DNA of 64,000 nucleotides from Azolla caroliniana. Lineage: Eukaryota > Plantae > Polypodiophyta. A program made the position numbers and the translations under genes. The stretch lies in the NCBI GenBank assembly GCA_043228905.1, contig JBHGNT010000006.1, forward strand, positions 1,116,001 through 1,180,000, in the 5' to 3' direction. The notes beneath the pieces were generated by a model. The model had not been told where the DNA came from. It saw nothing but the letters and a program-made list of their open reading frames with translations, and searched no databases. Shown piece by piece: positions 1 to 11,962 of the stretch (position 1 is the stretch's first letter; each line of letters starts with the position of its first letter).

Positions 1-973
1 CAACTTCGTTTTTGAACTTTTGGAAGTGTTTGAATACTTCACTCTTCTGCCACATGGGTAGATACAGGTGTTCCTAGAGAAGTCGTCGATGAAGGTCACG
101 TAGTATCGGCACCCACCAAATGTTGTCGTTTGGGCTGGTCCCCATACATCTGAATGTATTACATCCAGGATCCCTATGCTTACATTCCTCTCCTTTGGGA
201 ACGGTTGTCGGTGCTGTTTGTCGAATTGGCAAGCTTCGCACACGCCGGTACTCTCCTTTTCGGTAAAAGTCGAAAGTCCGATGATGACTCCATTCAACTG
301 CATTCCTTTGAGATTTTGGAGGTTAATGTGGCCAATTCTTTTGTGCCACAACTTTATGTCAGTGTCGGCCTTTTGGCCCTTGGCATACATTGCCGATTTC
401 ATCTCGCAAGAATCGAGGATGAACATTTGACCTTCTCTCCGACCACAAGCGATGAGTCGGCCTTATTTTTCGATGAAGCATTATCCATCGTTGAAGCAGA
501 CTTGCATGCCTTGTTAAACTATCTGGCCAACTGAGACCAGGTTCTTTGTTATTGTAGGAACATGTAGAACGTTCTTGATGTAGGTTTGGTTGCCTTCTTC
601 CCCAAATGGGACATTGCCGACATATTGAATGGGGTGAATTATGGCATCCCCAGTTTCCACATAGTCGGATCATTTGGCCATTTCATCGTCGTCAATGCTA
701 ACATTGATCGACCCGAGGGCATCACACAACTCCTTGATCTTCAGGGTGTAGTTGCCGATTGACATGTCCCTCTGTTGTATACCGTTCAACTCTTGACGGA
801 GTTGAAGCTTTCTTGTCATCGTGTTGGCTGCGATAATTTTCTTGAGGTTCCCCCATGCCTCCTTCAACGTTTTTTCCTGTTAGATGTAACCGAGCATGTG
901 ATCATGGATGCATGATGCAAGGTAATACAACACATGACTCGCCGCTTGCTCCCAACCTAGGTAGTCGACATGT

Positions 974-3900
974 TGTCATGAACACATGACTATTATGGCG
1001 TCACCCGGACTTGAACCTCGAACCTTGTAATCAATAATTGAAAACCTCAACCATTAAGATACTAGCTTATTGTCATATGAGAAGATAAAAGATAGACCAT
1101 TCTAGAACATTATAGAAATCTCTAAGTTATTCTATAGGAACCTATCAATAAGGGCATACATGTATTCTCAAATCAATTCGAATCAAACTGTCAGAACCAA
1201 GAAGAAAAGATAGAGTGATGGAAGAAGGATATAAGAATATAGTTCTACCAATGCACCATCTCCTTTTCATCAAATTTCAGCCATCACATTGCAACAATTG
1301 CGCCAAGTGGGAGGCAAGGAGGACCTTTTCTTATTTGTAGTATCAATGACACCTTCTAGTGCCACTCAAGGGAATTCAGACATGCAAATTCCCAAAAAAT
1401 ATCAAGATTATGTTGATGTTTTCGACAAAGTCAAAGCTAGTGTTCTTCCAAAGCATCGATCGTACGACTATCCTATTGATCTCCAACCAGGAAAAGCGCC
1501 ACCATGGGGTTCGATTTACAATTTATCACCCATTGAGCTTGAGGTGCTTCGAGAATACATCGAGGAAAATCTTGCACATGGGTTTATTTGACATTCAAAG
1601 TCTCCAACTGGTGCTCCTATCTTTTTTGTGAAGAAAAAGGACAACTCCCTTCGTTTGGTCGTGGACTATCGAGGCTTAAATAAAGTTACCATAAGGAATA
1701 GGTATGCTCTACCGCATTGGTGGGTTTTGTTGATCTAATGGGTGCATATAATCTTGTTCGAATTCGACCAGGAGATGAGTGGAAGGAGATGAGTGGAAAA
1801 CTGCATTTCGTACTCGGTATGGTCATTTCGAGTATATAGTCATGCCTTTCGGGCTCACAAATGCACCCGCAATATTTCAACATATGGCAAATGACATTTT
1901 CCCGGATTTCTTGAATATCTTTCTCATCATGATTGCAAACAAGTCGAATTTTTGGGATACACTATTTCATCCAAGGTTATTTTCATGGATCCAACAAATT
2001 TAATCCAAACGATATTGGAATGGAAACCCCCATGCTCAGTTCGGGACGTCCAGTGTTTCCTCGGATTTGCGAACTTCTATCGCAAATTCATACGTAAAGC
2101 ATTGTGTTGCCCCTCACCCAACTCACCAAATCAAGCTTTTTTTTGGAGTATCAAAGCGAACAAGGCTTTTATTCAGTTGAAAGAGGCATTCACATCAACA
2201 ACTATCCTAGCGCATATTGATCCCAAAAAGCCATTTACTATTGAGGCAGATGCATCAGACTTCGCATTGGGGAGTATCCTATCGCAACCAGGCGAGGACG
2301 GGTAGACTCATCCAGTCGCGTTTCACTCGAGAAAATTTACTGTTTCGGAGATAAACTATGAGGTGCATAACAAGTAGTTACTAGATGTGGTCGACTCATT
2401 CGAGCAATGGCGTCATTTTCTAGAAGGATTGCCTCATCAGATTATCATTATAGTGATCGCAAAAATCTCACATATTTTCAAACAACTCGCAAAAATCTCA
2501 CATATTTTTCGCCCTAGAAAACAACAAGGGAAAGCAGATGCGTTGTCTCGGCTTTCGTATCTAGATCTTCGACCTAGAGATGCGGCCTTTGACAATCAAA
2601 AGCAAATTCTCTCGGGCCATCAAAGCTACAGGCAACAACAATTTATGCCACACCACTTGATTCTACCCTTCTTGACACTATTTGGCAACAACTTCACTCT
2701 GATGATTTCGTTGAGGATGTCTTAGCCCACATTGGTTCAAGTCGTCCATCTTGCTCCACATTACAAGGGTCATATCAACATTATCAGGACTTGAAGTGGC
2801 AAGATGAATTACTCTTCTACAAGAATCTCCTTTACATCCCTGACGGATCACCCCGACTTCAAGTGTTAGAACATTGTCATGATGCCCCCATGGCCAGACA
2901 TTTTGGTATTGCCAAGACCATTGAGCTGGTGAAACATTTGTTTTGGTGGCCTCACTTGCAAAAATTTGTCGAAAATTACGTTCGCACATGTGACACCTGT
3001 TGTCGTGCCAAAATACCCAGGCATCATCCTTATGTCTTACAACAACCATTACCACCTCCCAGCAAGCCTTGGCAGTCTATTTCTATGGATTTCATTATGG
3101 ATCTGCCACCTTCCAAAGGCTTTGATAGTATTTTAATAGTAGTGGATCGGTTCACAAAGATGGCACATTTTTTACCGTGTGAAAAGACCATTAGTACTGA
3201 AGAAACTGCATATCTCATTATACGTGAGGTGTTTCGCCATCATGGTCTCCCAAATGATATTATTAGCAATCGAGGTCCTCAATTTATCTCACACTTTTGG
3301 AAGCACCTATGGGCAAGCCTCAAAATCTCCTACAAACTCTCTTCGGCTTATCATCCACAAACTGACGAACAAACAGAGCGCACAAATCCAACGCTCGAGC
3401 AGTGTCTTCGATGCTTCATCAGTTATCAACAAGATGATTGGAGTAATATTTTACATCTTGCCGAGTTTGCATACAATAACACGGTACACTCTTCTACCGA
3501 AGTTACACATCCTTTCTTTGCCTACACTGGCAACTACCCTCGATGGTGTATCCTGGATCTTCCTGAGGTGTCATGAAACCCTAGTGTGGCGCATCACCTC
3601 CACCGACTACAACAAATCCGGTTTGAGTTATCTTCACGTCTTCAAAAAGCGCAAGCACACCATAAGACTAATGTTGATCGGCATCATCTTAAGGTTGGTG
3701 ACCGAGTATGGTTGCTTCGTCGTCACATCAAGACTACCCGCCCATGTGCTAAGCTTGATTATCAACACTTAGGTCCTTTTGTCATCACAACGTGGATTAA
3801 TGATGCAACATTTTTTCTTAACCTTCTTGCACATATGCGGCGTCACCCAGTCTTTCATAGCTCTCTTTTGGAACCTTGCCGCACCTCTTTAATTCCTAAT

Positions 3901-4943
3901 CGTGTCGTACCACCACCACCTTCTGTCCAACTGGTTGATGACCCTGAATACGTAGCTCTCTTTTGGAACCTTGCCGCACCTCTTTAATTCCTAATCGTGT
4001 TGTACCACCACCACCTTCTGTCCAACTGGTTGATGACCCTGAATACGTAGCTCTCTTTTGGAACCTTGCCGTACCTCTTTAATTCCTAATCGTGTCGTAC
4101 CACCACCACCTTCTGTCCAACTGGTTGATGACCCTGAATACGTAGCTCTCTTTTGGAACCTTGCCGCACCTCTTTAATTCCTAATCGTGTCGTACCACCA
4201 CCACCTTCTGTCCAACTGGTTGATGACCCTGAATACGTAGCTCTCTTTTGGAACCTTGCCGCACCTCTTTAATTCCTAATCGTGTCGTACCACCACCACC
4301 TTCTGTCCAACTGGTTGATGACCCTGAATACGAGGTACCTACTATCTCGATTCTAAGATTGTGCGCAATAAGCTTTATTATCTAGTTGATTGGTTTGGCT
4401 ATGCTCTGAGTGATCGCACTTGGGAACCTGTCTATAACATTTGTAATGCTCAAGCTCTTATTGACGACTTCCATCGCCACTATCCAAACAAACCCAACCC
4501 TACAATGTTAACGAAGGAGGGATAGTGTCATGAACACATGACCATTATGGTGTCACCTGAACTTGAACCTCGAACCTTGTAATCCATAATTGAAAACCTC
4601 AACCATTAAGATAACTTATTGTCATATGAGAGGATTAAAACTACTTTTTGTATTACATTGATTATTGTAAAAACTCTAGATCATTCTAGAATGGACAGAA
4701 CATTCTAGAACATTATAGAAATCTTTAAGCTATTCTATAGGAACCTATAAATAAGGGCATACATGTATTCTCAAATCAATTCGAATCAACACTAGTCTTT
4801 AGCTCTCATTACATATCTTGTATCCATTCTCTTTCTTTCTTTATCTTAATACACCCATTCTTCTCTTAGCATTTCGTTCCTTTCTTCTCGTGTTCTCTTA
4901 TATCCTTCTTCCATCACTCTATCTTTTATTCTTGGTTCTGACA
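974..4943 (+). mobile_element. Degenerate Ty3/Gypsy chromovirus (Tcn1-like); gag/protease deleted, 5' LTR rearranged
   Basis: The 5' LTR starts TGTCATG at 974. The 3' LTR is 4526-4943 (TGTCA...TGACA), with PPT GAAGGAGGGATAG at 4513-4525. The TSD is CATGT (969-973)/CATGC (4944-4948). RT, RNaseH, integrase (2791-3576) and chromodomain remnants are frameshifted and homologous to the 24966-28538 pol. Confidence 0.92.
3858..4332 (+). repeat. Tandem repeat, 5 x 95 bp, within the integrase C-terminus/chromodomain linker
   Basis: The unit TAGCTCTCTTTTGGAACC...GACCCTGAATACG starts at 3858, 3953, 4048, 4143 and 4238; copies are nearly identical. Confidence 0.95.
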
Positions 4944-5281
4944 CATGCGTTGGGTTAGGTTGATTTTCGTTGGTTGTTTCGGCATAACTCCAATAGCCTT
5001 GGCGGACAAGGTATTGGTGCATCTTGTAAGTTCCCAAGATGCAAAGTTGTTTCTATCGAGCTTCTCGGTAGGAAGAGTGCTTCCCATCTAAGTGTTCATT
5101 GTCGAACTTCTTCTTCTTCTTCTCTTTGATACGAATTGTATAGATTGTTGCTACAACAATCAATCGGTTCTTTCTGAACGCAGGATTGGGCACAACACAC
5201 GCAAAGCCGATGGGCTTCGATCAAGCAACAACGCGCCCTGATACCATGTAGAGAATCAGATGGATTCTATGCAACAGAAGA

Positions 5282-5377
<96 letters not shown>

Positions 5378-6629
5378 TCACGATTACAAAAAATAGAAAA
5401 TTGTATTAGCATGGAGACAAGAATGACCAACATTTACAAAGAGAAGGAGAAGGGTGCTTATGTAGTCACCTTCTCTCTAAGTTCTCTCACTAGTATCGCC
5501 TCTTGGGAAAGAGGTCATGTCTTCACTACTTAAGGAATGTGTATCTATGAGCATATATTTAGTCACATACCGCTAGAAAGTTCCAGAACTAGAAGGTTCT
5601 AGAGGGTTCTAGAATATTCTAATGCATGTACTTTAGCTCACAATATAAATACTTATAACCTCATTGGTCCCTCTCAAAGGATTCAACACTAGCCATTGAT
5701 ACATCAATTTAGTATTAAATCATTTCATGCCATATTGTCTCCTTCTTCATATTTGTCTTCATGCGCTCGAGATAATCCTAGCTTCCTAAGTTCATAGTTT
5801 CATCACTCACAACTTCTAGAGTACCTAGCCTCGTCACTTCTAGTTCCACATTTGTGCCCTTATCGGTCGTAGCCTTGTCACCCGTGCTTCGTCCTAGAGT
5901 CCATGGTTGGTGTGTCCTTGACAGGTTGAATCCCTTCCATTGGAGGCATCACATAATCATTGTCAATATCCTTTCTTTTAAAGACATTGTCTCCACCGTC
6001 CTCGCTTTAGAGTTACCATCGTCATTGTCCTTGCTTCCAAAGTTACCATCATCAGCATCCTTAGTTTTATAGTTTGACATCATTGTCACAATCTTCGTTG
6101 CTTCTAGAGTCACCATAGTCAAAGTCATTCCTTCTAGAGACGCTTCCTCATCATCATTGTCTTCACTGCCTCGTCTTTGACATCATCATTTTTTAGTCCC
6201 TCTTGTTGTCTTCTTCAACACTACTTCGCCAAACCTTCATCTTCGTCAATACTACTTTTCTTGGTTGATCATTCTTTTCATCATTGTCATTGTCATAATC
6301 TAGAAGTATCATTTTGCATCACAATTTTGGTGAGGATTGGTTTCGATCACTCACTTTCCTAGTTCCAATGGGGGTTACAACCGCTCACTTTCCTAGTGGG
6401 AATTACATCATTTCTCTCTTGCACTCCATTTTCTTTGACGAGGGTCGATTTTGATCGCTCACGTTTTAGTTCCAATGGGGGCCACAACCACTCACTCTCT
6501 TGGTGGGGATCGCGCCGGTTTCTCGCTAGCGCTATCGTTTGTGCCTTGTTTTGGGTCAACCTCGATTATTTACCCTCTCATGATAGAAGAATTCAAGTCA
6601 GCTGTCTCACATGCACTCCTTCACCTATT

Positions 6630-7100
6630 GGTGTTCCAATTCCTGGTGAGGACGACATGGTCGCTCTCGCCCGATCGTGTTCTAGTTCCTAGTGAGGGCC
6701 GCACATGGTTGCTCACGCTCGTTGGTGTCCTGTTCCTAGTGAGGATCGCACATGGTCACTCATGCCCGTTGGTGTTCGTGTTCCTAGTGAGGACTGCACA
6801 TGTTTGCTCACGCTCATTTGTGTTAGTGTTCCCGGTGAGGACCGCACATGGTCGCTCACGCTTGTTGGTATTCTTGTTCCCGATGAGGACTTCTCATGGT
6901 CACTCATGCCAACGGTGTTTGAGTTCCCAATGAGGAACGCACATGGTCGCTCACACCTGTTGGTGTTCCCATCTCCGGTGAGGACAACACATGGTTGCTC
7001 ACGCCCGTTAGTGCTCCGATTCCTAGTGAGGACTACACATGGTCGCTCATGTTCACTCATGTTCCTATTTTTGGTGAGGACTACTTATGGTTGCTCACTC
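6630..7100 (+). repeat. Minisatellite, ~10 x 47-48 bp, inside the non-autonomous element just before the PPT
   Basis: The core xxTGAGG recurs at 6645, 6691, 6738, 6786, 6834, 6882, 6929, 6977, 7025 and 7073. Consensus is about TTCCTAGTGAGGACCGCACATGGTCGCTCACGCCCGTTGGTGTTCxxG. Confidence 0.9.
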
Positions 7101-7451
7101 ATTAATCTACTCCAGTTTTCTCTTTCAGCTCACCCCTTCACCATGCTCTCCAAAAGGTGGTTGTAAAGGGGAGGATAAAGTTACGATATAGTGACATAAA
7201 ATACATAGTTGGTGAGTATTGAACCTGCAACCTCACATCACATCAACAAGATGTCATGCTCAACCATCTTGATATGAACATGTATTTATATATGATATAC
7301 TTGATCTAGAAATACAATCTAGACACATACCTCTAGAAATATCTAGAACTAGAAGTTTCTAGAGGGTTCTAGACTATTCTCCAAAATATTCTAATGTATG
7401 TACTTTAGCTCACAATAGAAATACTTGTGACCTCCTTGGTCTCTTTCAAGC

Positions 7452-7956
7452 TGTTGAGACTCGTGTGTAGAAGATAGAGTGAGAGCGAGAGCGAGAGCGA
7501 GAGCGAAAGAGAGAGGGTGTGCGTGTGTGTGTGCGTGAGAGAGAGAGTGGGAGAGAGAGTGTGTGTGAGAGAGTGAGAGAGATAAGACTTGAAATAGAAA
7601 TGAGATTATATTATGATGAAACAAGATTACAATGAGTAGGCTAAGGGCTAAAGACTGGTGTTGAACCGAATGAGTTGAAACGAATGTATAGACAGTTATT
7701 TATAGGTCCTTATGGAGTAATCTAGAATGTTCTAGAATATTTTAGATTTTATGATAAGAAATATAATCATGAAATATTAAAGGATGTTCTAGAATAATCT
7801 AGAATGTTCTAGAATATTCTAATATCTTGTAATAATTAGAAACATAATTATTATAATCACACAACATATATGTTATTATAATGGTTAAGGGTTCAACACA
7901 TAGACCAAGAAGTTGTGGGTTCGGTTCTTGATAACCAAAATGTTGTCTTCATGACA
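7452..7956 (-). mobile_element. Solo LTR of the chromovirus-type family, inserted in the 3' LTR of the non-autonomous element
   Basis: Termini are TGTTG...TGACA. It shares GGCTAAG..AAGACTGG(T/C)GTTGAACC and the TATA/HSE layout with LTR 24514-24954. The host LTR resumes after 7956 (compare 5670-5700). The TSD is imperfect (CAAGC/AAAGG). Confidence 0.8.
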
Positions 7957-8974
7957 AAAGGGATTCAACACCAGTTATTGACACATCAATTTAGTATTAT
8001 CATTTCATGCCATATTGTCGCCTTCTTCATATTTGTCTTCATGCTCTCCAGTTAATCCTAGCTTCCTAAGTTCATAGTCTCATCACTCACATATTCTAGA
8101 GTTCCTAACCTCATCACTTCCAATTTCACGTTCGTAGCTTTATCGATCAAAGCCTCGTCATTCGTGCTTTGTCCTAGTCTATGGTTGGTGTGTCCGTGAC
8201 ACTTGGATAGACATAAACAATGAGTACCTCAATTTTGCAATCGAGGTACATCATATCTAACTAGTTCTTTCCATAGATAACATTGAACCAATAGGGATAA
8301 CGTTTGGTAGTTGATATGCATGGTCCTAGTTTTAGTAAACTACAACACCTCACTTTGTTTATCAATAGAGAAACTTGGTCATTTAGTTCTTTATCCTATT
8401 TTTACCAGAGAAACATAGGATGAGTGTTTCCTAGAAGCTTACAATCAATGAGTTACAAAGGCTTTGGGGAAATTTTGATATGGTGGATTTCTATAAACAA
8501 GGTAAGCAAATGCACATTGAAGTGCAAGCAATGCTAATGAGGATTGTGCATATTTTAGGAGCATAATTGTAACTGTAGTTGTGGGCTAATTCGTAAGGAA
8601 TCGAGGGTGAGGATTGAGTTATCTCAATCCCACAATGGGAGATAACTTTAGAGTGTTTTACAGTTGGTTGCTTTTTTTATAAAAAAAGGTGTGAAACATA
8701 CAAGGGCCCAAGCTTTGAGCTTATATTAAAAGCCTATCTACCTTCATGAGGGGGATCTCTTTTCTTTATTATTTTGACATAGTGGTAAAGCTCTAGCTTC
8801 AAACATGCGTGCCTCCTTCTTCAAACCCAAGGTGTGGTCCATATATGTACTTGGTGGTATGAGAGTGGGGACTTGGATCCGTCTCTCACCCTTGCTAAGA
8901 GGTGGTTGGATGATTGGCACCCTTTCTTCCTTATTTTCCTACTAAAATTTGCATAGCGTTAATATATTATGATA

Positions 8975-9158
8975 ACATGGTTATCTAGAATTTGTTTTCC
9001 TCTACTTTGGAGTACATATATTTGTTTCCTCAACCATTGTCTTACATAAGACGGGTTGGGAAAAAAATATTTTGTATGTTGTAGTTGTTATGACCTTTTT
9101 TTTAAACTAATGGAAGGATATTTTATTTTGAAAAAAAAACACATGGTTATCTAGAATT
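8975..9158 (+). mobile_element. Short A-tailed insertion with 18-bp direct repeats (truncated LINE 3' end or retroposed fragment)
   Basis: ACATGGTTATCTAGAATT at 8975-8992 and 9141-9158 flanks ~148 bp ending in an A9 run. Confidence 0.6.
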
Positions 9159-9812
9159 GGGAGAATGTTATCACTTTTAGTGAGGAAAAAAATGCATTTC
9201 ACACCTACTATAGTCATATGTTGTATAGTCACCAACCAATTAAAAAAGGTTGTGTATGATTCATTATTAGAATGACTTATTTATCCACCATCATCTTAAT
9301 CATATGCATATTTTTAAGAACATTGTATGCCCACTATGGTCATATACTCTGGAAACATGAGAGAAGAAGTGTACATTCAAAGTATCACAATTTGATATAA
9401 GCCTCTACATTCTACCACATTTGAGTTTGCTTTCCACACTTTTTCAATTTGAACCAATTCCTACACACATTCCACATATTCATTGCAATGTTTATTGATA
9501 AAATTCTTGAACATCAGAAGTCACAACTCAGTTCCACACATAGGCCATAATTGACTTTGGAAAACAATAATAAAGTCTCTATACATGTGTGCGTATGTGT
9601 GGTTTAATTTTATTAATTGCATGCAAAAAATCCTACACTAATACTATAGATAATTTAGTTTTAAGTTTAATGTGCACTCAGCTACTTCATCATGATAAGA
9701 GATTACTTGTCGGTTCATTATGTTGAGACTAAAGAGTGTGGTAATACGTTATTCTTTGTTGGGAGGGTGATAGGGTTTCAAACACTCTTGAGATTCCTAG
9801 TCGGTTCATTAT

Positions 9813-9849
<37 letters not shown>

Positions 9850-11642
9850 AGAGGAAGGACAAGAGAGACCAAGACTCTACTTTGTTATAGGCATAACCTT
9901 AAGAACCAATTGCAAAGCTAATTTTAATGAGTTATGGAGAGAATAGTTGGGAAACCAATTATCTTATGAACTAGGACAAACCCATAAGGACCTACATACA
10001 TGTGTCATGTGGTGCTCTAGGAACCTTAGGTGTTGGACTATATAAAGTGAATGAGTTACCCCCTCATTACGACATCTTGAGATGTTGTCAAGAATCTATT
10101 GGTGTGGCCAAGCTCCCTAATGTATTTTATGTTTGTCTCATGTCCTTCGCTTGGGTTGGTCGATGTGGTCAAGCATCCTTAGTCAATTCTTCTCCCTAAT
10201 CTCTATTTACTGTTCATCTTTAGTATGATCCATAATATACCCCAAACAAAATAAAGGAAAGAAGAAGCTAGAAAGAGCTTGATGCTTTTTTCCTTGCCTC
10301 TAAACTTGTCACTTTGGTAGTAACGCCAATGTAATATCTCTAAAAAGGCATGGGAAGTGTAGTGAATGGCAAGTAATCAACAAGTGTCGACACTACGTCG
10401 GTAATGTCACGTGTTGAAGCATCAAAAGATAACTCTAAGGGCACCAAGTTGCAAAGCCACTCACAACATTGCCTCCATATGTCTTAATTCACATGCCTTT
10501 AGCGTGATATGGGGGCAATGGTGAGGAGACTCTTTAGCTATGAAAATGTTCATGCTTCACACATTACAATACATATTTAAGCACTTTATATCTTTGAGAT
10601 GCCATTCACACCATTGCATCCATATGTCTTAATTCACATTCTCTTTGGTGTGAGGTGGGGGCAACTATAAGGATAAATATGCAAGGATTTGGCCCAAATG
10701 GCCAAATGGCCAAACAACACTTTATATCTCTGAGATGCCATTCACACCATTGCCTCCATGTGTCTTAATTCGCATTCTCTTTAGTGTGAGATGGGGGCAA
10801 CAATAAGGAGACTCATTAACTATGCAAGGATTTGGTCCAAATAAGGTTGCAGCTAACATTAACATACTCTCCTCCCATGAGCCATTTTTGTTCATACTTG
10901 AGTTTTCTTTCTCCGCATTACCAATCATGACTTATCCTTACACACATTTCTCTCCAAAGCACAAGATGCACTCTCAACTGTTAAGGTTAGTACCAAATGC
11001 ACACACAATACATGGAAATGTTTCAATTTGGTGCCACAGGTCAAGACTCATAAAAGCATTTCTAATATCATACATATATTGGCCCATTTGTGGAAACAAA
11101 TCTAGTTGAGATACTTAACACAATATCCCAAAGGTTAAATGGGGAGCAATACCAAGGCCTTAACACGATGGTGCCACCTCCACGATATTTTGTTGCTATA
11201 AGTTGAATAGTATGAACCATACATACCATATGCGTAAGAAAAACACCCTCAAAGAATGATAAATACATACTTTTGGATTAACTATTTATTATGAGGTAAA
11301 TAAGCCTAAAAAATGGGAAAAAAACAAAAAAAAAACACAAGAATGTTTGAATAACATTCACATTCGTTTTCCAACGTATTAAAACGAATGTTATGCTTGA
11401 CGAACTCGAATTTTACGTACTATATTAACCATCATAACCAATCTGAATGGCACTCACATTGATCAACGCTACTACTTATTGCCCATATAGACACCATGAA
11501 GTTAACAGAAGATCGATTTCATTACAACATGTTCCAGTAGGAGAAACTTGTCTGTATGGTGGCGGCAGACATATGTATTATATATGTGTGATGATGCTTT
11601 GGCGGCCAAATAGTGAGCACCTTCTATCTATCTTACACAACG

Positions 11643-11962
11643 ATGAAGCCCTAGGGTTAATTGCACCTTCCCCTTAATCACACTTCATTATTAAACAAAA
11701 CTAATCATGAAGGTCTAGGCTTAATTGCACCTTCCCCTTAATCACACTTCATTATTAAACGAAACTAATCATGAAGGCCTAGGCTTAATTGCATCTTCCC
11801 CTTAATCACACTTCATTATTAAACTAAACTAATCATGAAGACCTAGGCTTAATTGCATCTTCCCCTTAATCACACTTCATTATTAAACTAAACTAATCAT
11901 GAAGACCTAGGCTTAATTGCATCTTCCCCTTAATCACACTTCATTGTTAAACTAAACTAATC
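11643..11962 (+). repeat. Tandem repeat, 5 x 64 bp
   Basis: ATGAAG..CTAGGCTTAATTGCA(C/T)CTTCCCCTTAATCACACTTCATTATTAAAC.AAACTAATC starts at 11643, 11707, 11771, 11835 and 11899. Confidence 0.95.

Larger units (their letters stand above)
1..5563 (-). mobile_element. Degenerate Ty1/Copia element A (5' LTR, PBS, gag, partial pol), interrupted by a Gypsy element at 974-4943 and continuing beyond the left edge
   Basis: The LTR starts TGTAGAG at 5247 on +, with (TG)n(GA)n microsatellites. A tRNA-iMet-type PBS TGGTATCAGGGC lies at 5235-5246 on -. Gag fragments (YKMHQYLVRQGYWSY; AWGNLKKI..RKLQLRQELN) and integrase (HSDVWGPAQT..YYVTFIDDFSR near 60-150) closely resemble element B at 49.1 kb. The distal LTR end is not resolved. 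Confidence 0.85.
5564..8201 (+). mobile_element. Non-autonomous LTR element (LARD/TRIM-like, no recognisable coding domains)
   Basis: A 5'-truncated LTR at ~5564-5923 and a 3' LTR at ~7179-8201 share the ending ATGGTTGGTGTGTCC(T/G)TGACA. PPT AAAGGGGAGGATAA is at ~7165-7178. The PBS position holds GGTTGAATCCCTT (5924-5936). The interior is low-complexity and tandemly repeated. Confidence 0.8.

Noticed and set aside
5221-7624. Short ORFs over (GA)n/(TG)n tracts and the 48-bp minisatellite
   Set aside because: They are by-products of simple repeats, with no domain signal.
10460-10850. Three diverged ~120-140 bp repeats (CATTGCCTCCATATGTCTTAATTC...)
   Set aside because: An old local duplication with no termini or other structure to interpret.
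11643-11962. 64-bp array (and the 48- and 95-bp arrays) as CRISPR-like
   Set aside because: The units are contiguous with no unique spacers, there are no cas genes, and the context is eukaryotic.
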